From contig CAZFNI010000006.1 of the NCBI GenBank assembly GCA_964520655.1, positions 14,790-78,789 on the forward strand: a stretch of 64,000 nucleotides of DNA, read 5' to 3'. Positions 57,963 through 64,000 of the stretch are shown in pieces. The position numbers and the translations under genes are program-made. The DNA comes from an uncultured Planctomycetales bacterium. Its GTDB lineage: Bacteria > Omnitrophota > Gorgyraeia > Zapsychrales > Fredricksoniimonadaceae. A model generated the notes under the pieces. It saw only the letters and a list, made by a program, of their open reading frames with translations. It was not told the origin of the DNA and ran no database searches. Positions within the stretch are counted from its first letter, which is position 1. Every line of letters begins with the position of its first letter.

Positions 57963-59156
57963 ATGGCACTTAGCATATTCAAACGATATGTGTTCACATT
58001 GGTGCTGACCATTGCTTCCCTGGCGGTGGTCGGGATGACGCTGGTGTATTTCCTAATCGCGACTCCGCTGGGCGGCAGGCTTTTGGTTAATTATCTGCTC
58101 CTGCAATCTGCTCAGGCGGCCTCCGTCAGCATCGAAACATTCTCGGGCAATCTTAAAGAAGGGCTGACGTTAAAGAATGTGCGGATCATCAACTGGCCGT
58201 TGTTCGGGCCGGAAGCATCTATTTTGGCCCAGCGTGTTGATGTTCGTCTGCCTGTCTTGAATCTGGATAAGATCGAGGTGACCATTTTTAATGCCCGCAT
58301 GGACCTGCCCAACAGCGACCCGTTGCTATTCCATGGGCAGCTAAAGAATGGGATGTTAAGCGGGGACCTGGAAGCCAAAATGTTGGACGTGTCTCCTTTG
58401 ATGAAGGCATTTGTTAAGACGGATCTCTATAAACTGGTGCACGGTACAGCGACTTCCGGTAAGATCGATGTGGCGGGGCCAGTTTCAAACCCCACGCTTA
58501 AAGGCGGATTTGTGGCTGATAAGATCACCTATGGAGACAAGGTGGTGCATCAGATATTTGCCAAGGTTGATGTGAATGTGGCGTTTGAAGGTGACAGGTT
58601 TGTGATGCACGGATTGGTCATTTTAGATGGGGGACAGGTAGATGTGGGTAAGAATACCTTTGATCTGATCCCAAGTAAAGTGACTTTCAAGGATAATTTG
58701 ATCGATCCGGATGTGGATCTGCGCTGTACGATCCATAAGGATATTTATGATATTGAGATACGAATCCTGGGAACGATCAAGCATAATAAGATCTCCGCGC
58801 GCTGCGATCCATATCTTCCCCAGGAGGATGTGTTTATCCTGTTGGGAATGGGCAATTGGGCTCCGTTGACGGGCTCATTGCTCAACTATCAGGAGGATGC
58901 GAAGCTGTTCGGTTTAAAAAGAAAACTTGGTGAGAACCTTAATGTGGGGTATGGTTATGAGGAATCTTCTCAAAACTTGAGGGGGGAATCGAATTCAATG
59001 CAGTTTCTGCAGGGGCAGATGTCCTTGTCTGAAGGGCTGTCCGTGAATGTGGAAAAAACGATCTCCTCCACGCATGAAGGAGACAGGTTCAACAGATTCG
59101 ACAACCGCAAAGACAATGAATCCCGTTTGTATTTGAAGTATCGCAATACCTTCTAG
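57963..59156 (+). CDS. hypothetical membrane-anchored protein (AsmA/TamB-like fragment?)
   Basis: N-terminal TM and beta-rich periplasmic region; weak resemblance to AsmA-like proteins. Confidence 0.3.
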   Translation: MALSIFKRYVFTLVLTIASLAVVGMTLVYFLIATPLGGRLLVNYLLLQSAQAASVSIETFSGNLKEGLTLKNVRIINWPLFGPEASILAQRVDVRLPVLNLDKIEVTIFNARMDLPNSDPLLFHGQLKNGMLSGDLEAKMLDVSPLMKAFVKTDLYKLVHGTATSGKIDVAGPVSNPTLKGGFVADKITYGDKVVHQIFAKVDVNVAFEGDRFVMHGLVILDGGQVDVGKNTFDLIPSKVTFKDNLIDPDVDLRCTIHKDIYDIEIRILGTIKHNKISARCDPYLPQEDVFILLGMGNWAPLTGSLLNYQEDAKLFGLKRKLGENLNVGYGYEESSQNLRGESNSMQFLQGQMSLSEGLSVNVEKTISSTHEGDRFNRFDNRKDNESRLYLKYRNTF

Positions 59157-59256
59157 GATCCGCAGTAAAATAGTTTTATTATTCGTTGAGTAAAACCGAA
59201 CGCTCTGTTATCTTAAAATTATTATTTGTTTATCAATCTAACGAAAGGTTATTCCT

Positions 59257-60419
59257 ATGTCTAAAAGGCTCTTGCTTGTGTTTGCTTTGGCAGCGGCAGG
59301 TGTTTCTCCGGCGGTCGCGGGAGAGCTTTTATTGCCCAAAGAACGGGCTGAATTAGCTGAAAAGGGCTTGAGTATTGAGGTGCGCGCTCTGGAGGATTAT
59401 GTCAGCGTCATGAAAGGCGGAACAGTCCATAAAGATACCTGGATGGGGCGTCTTGATGTCGGTGTAGAAGTAGATCTGGAAAAAGCCAATATCGTCAAGG
59501 GCGGTTTGGTCCATGTCGACGTGATGAATGCGCACGGCGGTTTGAAGCCGACCGCGGACATGATCGGCGATCTGCAGACGGTCAGCAATATCGAAGCGCC
59601 GCGCACGACGCGTCTGTATGAAGCGTGGTATCAGCAGGCGTTTGATGAAACGCTGTCCATGAAAGCGGGGCTTTGTATATCAACAGCGCATTTGGCGTGA
59701 TCCCCAGCATCTCAGTGAATACAAGCCTTTCGATCTTTCCATTGAACGGCCTGGGGGCGACCGTGAAATATTCTCCCTGCAAGGCATTTGATCTTCTGGC
59801 AGGGGTATTTGACGGGGATGTCGGTGATCCGGATGAGAATATCCATAACACCAATATCAATTTAAGATTCAAACAATTGTTCACGGTGGTAGAGGGCGCT
59901 GCTCATTTTGATTTGCCGGCCCAGACCGCTTTGCCGGGGACGATCAAATTAGGCGCCTGGCATAATAGCAGCGATGTCCCGGATGTGGCGGAAGTAGATG
60001 ACAACGGGGATCCGGTCATGCATGATGATAATTATGGTGCTTATGCTCTGTTGGACCAGCAGTTGTTCAAGGAGGCTGATGATCAAGGGTTGTCGTTCGT
60101 TTATATTGGCGGCTTGGCGCCTCAGAAGCGTAATACCGTCCGTTATCAAAATAGTTTTGGTCTAAATTATGCCGGGCTTTTGCCGAGCCGTGATAAGGAT
60201 GTGGCCGGTATCGCTATGACGCAGTCAAAGATCAGCAAGAAGTTGCGCGATGTATCGAGCCAGGATCCGGCGGAATCTACCTACGAGCTGACCTACAGGT
60301 TTGAGGTTAACGATAATATCCATATTCAACCCGATTTTCAGTATGTGCAACGGCCAAACGCGGATGATAACATCAAGAATGCCAGTGTCTTTATGCTGAG
60401 ATCTGACATTCAATTTTAA
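59257..60419 (+). pseudogene. carbohydrate-selective porin OprB family, interrupted by a frameshift near 59673-59700
   Basis: Two adjacent ORFs (59257-59700, 59673-60419) in different frames. Joined, they read ...LSMKAGL(Y)INSAFGVIPS..., the conserved OprB N-terminal motif. Confidence 0.55.
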
Positions 60420-60429
60420 AGGAAAATGT

Positions 60430-60948
60430 ATGCGTAAATTCATGGGAGTGTTGGTTGCGGGAATGTTGTTAATGGTGCCTTTTAAAGGTTTTGCGGCGGA
60501 TGATGTGGCTGTTGTCGGCAAGCAGGTCAAAATGGACTATACGTTGACCGTGGATAATAAAGAGGTGGAAACATCCATAGGCAAAGAGCCTTTGGTTTTT
60601 GTTTTGGGCGGCCAGGCGATCATCCCGGGTTTAGAAAAGGCGATCTTGGGGATGCATACCGGTGAAGAGAAGATGGTGACGGTGGAAGCGGCCGATGCGT
60701 ACGGTCAGCCGGATCCCAAAGCGGTCAAGGAATTCCCCAAAACATCCATGCCCAAGGGCTTGGAATTAAAGCCTGGTCTTATCCTGCAGGCCAATGCTCC
60801 AGACGGTTCCAGTTTTCCGTCGGTGATCAAAGAGGTCAAGGACACAACAGTCCTTTTGGATTTCAACCATCCGCTGGCGGGCAAACAATTGCAGTTTAAG
60901 ATCAAGATCGTCGCTGTTGAAGCAGCGCCGGTCCAGCCAACGAAATGA
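60430..60948 (+). CDS. FKBP-type peptidyl-prolyl cis-trans isomerase
   Basis: Signal peptide; VKMDYTLTVDNKEVETS...LVFVLGGQAIIPGLEKAILGM FKBP fold motifs. Confidence 0.7.
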   Translation: MRKFMGVLVAGMLLMVPFKGFAADDVAVVGKQVKMDYTLTVDNKEVETSIGKEPLVFVLGGQAIIPGLEKAILGMHTGEEKMVTVEAADAYGQPDPKAVKEFPKTSMPKGLELKPGLILQANAPDGSSFPSVIKEVKDTTVLLDFNHPLAGKQLQFKIKIVAVEAAPVQPTK

Positions 60949-60963
60949 TTTAACGAGAATACT

Positions 60964-61401
60964 ATGATCCAGGAGATCCTGCATTCGATCAAGCTTGCTG
61001 ATATCATGACCAAACCGGTTGTCACGGTCAGTAGTCAGGATGAATTCCATGTGGTATGGGAAAAGATGGCGGCTCATGATATCCGCCATATCCCGGTTGT
61101 TGATCATGCGGGCACATTAGTTGGTATCATCACCGAGAGGAATTTGTTCAAGATCCATTCTCCACGCAAGCTGGAGGATGGATCTTGGTTCTATGACAAG
61201 GATATGCTGGATGGTTTTATCCTCACCAAAGTCATGGTCCAGGAGCCGTTTTTTCTAAAACCGCAGAATACGATCCGGGAGGCTATGCAGGTCATAGCCC
61301 AGTTCAAATACGGATGCATCCCCGTTGTCGATGACAATAAAGTCCCTGTCGGCATCATCACCAGAAATAACATCATTAAGTTCTTCCTCAACCATGCCTG
61401 A
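60964..61401 (+). CDS. CBS domain pair protein
   Basis: Two CBS repeats (DIRHIPVVD..., GCIPVVDD...). Confidence 0.7.
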   Translation: MIQEILHSIKLADIMTKPVVTVSSQDEFHVVWEKMAAHDIRHIPVVDHAGTLVGIITERNLFKIHSPRKLEDGSWFYDKDMLDGFILTKVMVQEPFFLKPQNTIREAMQVIAQFKYGCIPVVDDNKVPVGIITRNNIIKFFLNHA

Positions 61402-62587
61402 TGCCAACGTTATTCTAAAAGCTGCAGGTGCTGCCGGCGCTTTGCTGCTGCTGTATTATTTCAGGCGGCAGCGGGAGAAATGCCGATCCCTCGAACGTGC
61501 GAATGCGGAACTGCAAGAGAAGATCAGCCGTCAAGATAGTCGGTCGTCTGCGGAGCGCAGCGAGCTCAATGTCATCCTCTCCAGCATGGTGGAAGGGGTC
61601 TTGGTCATTGGTCGTGACGAGAAGATCCAGTACATTTCCCCTAATCTTTCCGCCATGTTCGATTTTCGCTCCAAAGAAGTGACGGCCAGGCCGTATTGGG
61701 AAATGATCCCTCATGCACAGGTCATCAGCGCCATCAAGGAGTCGATCGCATCAGCTGGGGCTATCAGCCGGGAGATCACGCTGTTCCAGGTAGAGGATGT
61801 TGTTTTTAATATCCAGGTCTCCCCAGTGTTGAACAACGGGGCATTGATGGGGGCTGTGGTGGTGTTCCATGACATCAGCGCGTTAAAGAAATTGCTTAAG
61901 ATGCGTTCTGAATTTGTGGCCAATGTCTCGCATGAATTAAAGACCCCCCTGACCTCCATCAAAGGTTACGTGGAGACGTTAAGCGAGCCGGGCGGTATGG
62001 ACGACAAAGAAACTATCCAGAAATTTTTGAAAGTGATCCATAAGCAGACCTTACGGTTAGAAGCGCTAGTCAAAGACCTGTTGACCATATCCTCGATCGA
62101 AAGCAAAGAGGTTGCCATGGATCTGCAGCCCTGCGATGTGGCGGCGCTGGTCAATAATACGGTCAACAGTTTAAAGAATGTGATCGATGCGGCGCGCCAT
62201 AAGGTTGTGTTGAATATTGCCCCTCAGTTGCCCATGATCATTGTTGACCGCAGCCGCATGGAGCAGGTTCTGGTCAATTTACTGGAAAATGCTGTCAAGT
62301 TCGCGCCTGCTGGGGGAACCATTGAGATCGCCGTAAAAGAACAAGAGCCTTATGTAGCTATAAGCGTCACCGATTCCGGCATCGGTATCGCCCCGGAACA
62401 TTTGCCACGATTGTTCGAGCGTTTTTACCGGGTGGATAAATCCCGTTCATCTGAACTTGGCGGTACCGGCCTTGGGTTAGCTATCGTTAAACATATTGTT
62501 TTAGCCCATCAAGGCAGGGTGGATGTCAAAAGCAAACCCGGCTCCGGCACCACATTCACCATCTTCCTTCCAGTTTCCAAGAATTAA
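61394..62587 (+). CDS. sensor histidine kinase (TM, PAS, HisKA, HATPase_c)
   Basis: H-box SHELKTPLTSI, N-box LLENAVKF, G-boxes DSGIGI and GGTGLGLAIV. Confidence 0.8.
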   Translation: MPDANVILKAAGAAGALLLLYYFRRQREKCRSLERANAELQEKISRQDSRSSAERSELNVILSSMVEGVLVIGRDEKIQYISPNLSAMFDFRSKEVTARPYWEMIPHAQVISAIKESIASAGAISREITLFQVEDVVFNIQVSPVLNNGALMGAVVVFHDISALKKLLKMRSEFVANVSHELKTPLTSIKGYVETLSEPGGMDDKETIQKFLKVIHKQTLRLEALVKDLLTISSIESKEVAMDLQPCDVAALVNNTVNSLKNVIDAARHKVVLNIAPQLPMIIVDRSRMEQVLVNLLENAVKFAPAGGTIEIAVKEQEPYVAISVTDSGIGIAPEHLPRLFERFYRVDKSRSSELGGTGLGLAIVKHIVLAHQGRVDVKSKPGSGTTFTIFLPVSKN

Positions 62588-62611
62588 TTTTCGAAACGGG
62601 TCCTGTCACCG

Positions 62612-62786
62612 ATTGCGGATGCTGGTATAAGTTTTTACGGCTCCGGTGGTCTTTTTCCATCGATCTTTTCTAGATGTCCAGTCCCACAACGCACCGACAA
62701 AAAGCATCGGTGCTGTGGGACTGAATCGGCGACGCAGATCGATGGGACCACAGTCGCCTTAAAAAACTTATACCAGCATCCGCAAT
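62612..62786. repeat. 175-bp imperfect palindrome with 25-bp perfect terminal inverted repeats (MITE-like or structured-RNA element)
   Basis: ATTGCGGATGCTGGTATAAGTTTTT at 62612-62636 and its exact reverse complement at 62762-62786. The interior is also largely self-complementary (catcgatct/agatcgatg, gtcccacaacgcaccga/tcggtgctgtgggac). Confidence 0.7.
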
Positions 62787-62832
62787 TATATTACGTTCTA
62801 TACTCATGATATGTAATGACCAGTTAGCCAAC

Positions 62833-63004
62833 CCGCAGGGATACGGGATGTTCTTTCAAAGATGCGAACGTCCCCCACCAGATGCCACCCCATAAATTCA
62901 TACTTTAACGAATAACCCCAAGCGTAGCATTCAACCAACGTGCATCTGTTGTGGGGGCTGGGGGGGTGAGCATCTGGAAAGAAGCATCCCGTGTCCCTGC
63001 GGGG
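62833..63004. repeat. second, unrelated 170-bp imperfect palindrome
   Basis: cccgcagggatacgggatgttctttcaaagatgc... at the left matches the reverse complement of ...gcatctggaaagaagcatcccgtgtccctgcgggg at the right, with few mismatches. Confidence 0.6.
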
Positions 63005-63100
63005 CCCTTAACATAATCTTAATATTGGCTTTATTTGTCCTTAACACGCGCTGGGTACACTGACAGGGTATAAAAGATAAAACGTTTAAGGAGAGAAATT

Positions 63101-64000
63101 ATGAAAAAGATCCTCGCAGTGCTGTTGATCATGGTGTTTGGAGCGGCAAATTTGAGTTTTGCGGCGCCGGATACCCAGGTGGATGCCTTGATCGCCAAGT
63201 TGATCGAGAAGGGTATTCTGACCAAGGATGAAGCGGATGTGCTTAAAGGCCAGGTCGCCTACGATGCCAAGCAGATCCAGGAAACCAACATGAAAAAAGA
63301 TCTTCCGGACTGGGTGCAGAACACCAAGTTGACCGGGGATTTCCGTATCCGTAACCAATACGAGCACCGCAAGAACAATTCCAGCTCACTTAATGGTCGC
63401 GACAGGGTGCGCATGCGCGCGCGTTTAGGTTTAGAAACCAAAGTCAATGATACTTTCAAAATGGCGGTGGGTATTGCCACCGACGGTGGCGCGGCCCGCT
63501 CCAATAATTACACTTTTGACAGCAGTTTTGGTAAAGGCAATGTCGTCTTAAATTATGCCTACGGTCAATGGCTGCCGAATTCGGAATGGACATTAACAGC
63601 TGGTCAGATGAAAAATCCGATCTGGGAACCGATGGAATTCTTGTGGGATTCCGACATTACGCCTCAAGGGGCCGCTGTTGAATATAATAAAAAATTAAGC
63701 GATTATTTGACCTTAAACGTCCTGGGGACGGGATTTGTGGTCAAAGAATTGCCTTTGTCCAACGCTGATCCCTACCTGTGGGTTGGTCAATTGGGTGCCA
63801 AAGGTAATTTCTTCACGGAAAAAGCAGATTACCGTTTGGTCGGGACGTATCAATATCTGCAGAATAATACCAAAGCAACATTTGGTTCATCTGCCAACAA
63901 TACGATCAGCGCCAGCAAGTATGTGAACCGCTATAACACGCCGATGGCGTCCGGCGAGATCGGTTTGAATGATCCGTTGGGGGACAATGGGTTCTTATAT
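63101..64000 (+). CDS. putative outer-membrane porin-like protein (5' partial; continues beyond the window)
   Basis: Manual translation from the ATG at 63101 (GGAGAG RBS) is open to the window end. It shows a signal peptide MKKILAVLLIMVFGAANLSFA, a coiled-coil plug region, then alternating beta-strand-like segments. Confidence 0.45.
   Translation, partial: MKKILAVLLIMVFGAANLSFAAPDTQVDALIAKLIEKGILTKDEADVLKGQVAYDAKQIQETNMKKDLPDWVQNTKLTGDFRIRNQYEHRKNNSSSLNGRDRVRMRARLGLETKVNDTFKMAVGIATDGGAARSNNYTFDSSFGKGNVVLNYAYGQWLPNSEWTLTAGQMKNPIWEPMEFLWDSDITPQGAAVEYNKKLSDYLTLNVLGTGFVVKELPLSNADPYLWVGQLGAKGNFFTEKADYRLVGTYQYLQNNTKATFGSSANNTISASKYVNRYNTPMASGEIGLNDPLGDNGFLY

Noticed and set aside
1-64000. CRISPR array or cas genes
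   Set aside because: No regularly spaced short direct repeats with unique spacers and no Cas-like proteins are visible. The only short tandem-like repeats are the three island junction repeats, which are separated by whole genes.

Overview
This 64-kb window is bacterial chromosomal DNA. Most of it is about 50-55% GC and densely packed with genes on both strands. There is no CRISPR array, and I saw no classical transposase or integrase gene.

The housekeeping backbone includes:
- a ComF-family phosphoribosyltransferase gene;
- an operon pyrE, maf, M48 peptidase, DUF192;
- a complete pyruvate dehydrogenase operon aceE-aceF-lpdA on the minus strand;
- an atypical 85-nt tRNA-like gene;
- smpB, and a full-length tmRNA gene (ssrA) with a promoter;
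- a methyl-accepting chemotaxis protein carrying a C-terminal CZB zinc-binding domain;
- a PEP-CTERM protein gene with a candidate sigma-54 promoter;
- a TetR/YceI pair with a perfect operator palindrome;
- two PilT ATPase genes;
- pckA;
- a CusBA-like heavy-metal RND efflux module with a YHS-domain protein;
- a frameshifted OprB-family porin gene;
- a PAS histidine kinase gene.

The most striking feature is a 3.7-kb AT-rich island (about 14512-18229) inserted at the 3' end of ssrA. It is bounded by a 22-bp direct repeat of the tmRNA 3' end (14490-14511 and 18208-18229). It carries a GIY-YIG nuclease gene and seven small, mostly membrane-protein, hypothetical ORFs. It also carries three copies of a ~39-bp direct repeat lying across or just after ORF 3' ends, which looks like a cassette arrangement. 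It has no integrase.

Directly after the island's right repeat is a 1687-aa secreted giant protein. It has a PG_binding_1 domain, a kinase-like H.RN...DIG motif and a degenerate Fic-like HP...EGN motif. GC drops across its C-terminal half, which makes it a candidate effector- or toxin-like mosaic.

Other points of interest:
- two large, unrelated imperfect palindromes (about 175 bp each) sit side by side in one intergenic region, the first with 25-bp perfect terminal inverted repeats;
- three paralogous membrane proteins with a C-terminal TPR region (two with a conserved DD loop, TMTC/PMT-like) are clustered next to the pilT genes;
- an HExxH protein is paired with a Ddl-like ATP-grasp ligase in a two-gene operon;
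- a CheY, unknown protein, CheY trio;
- a promoter/terminator-delimited ~170-nt transcript that may be an sRNA or small-peptide gene.

Every functional call is inferred from motifs I recognise in the translations. None has been checked by a database search.
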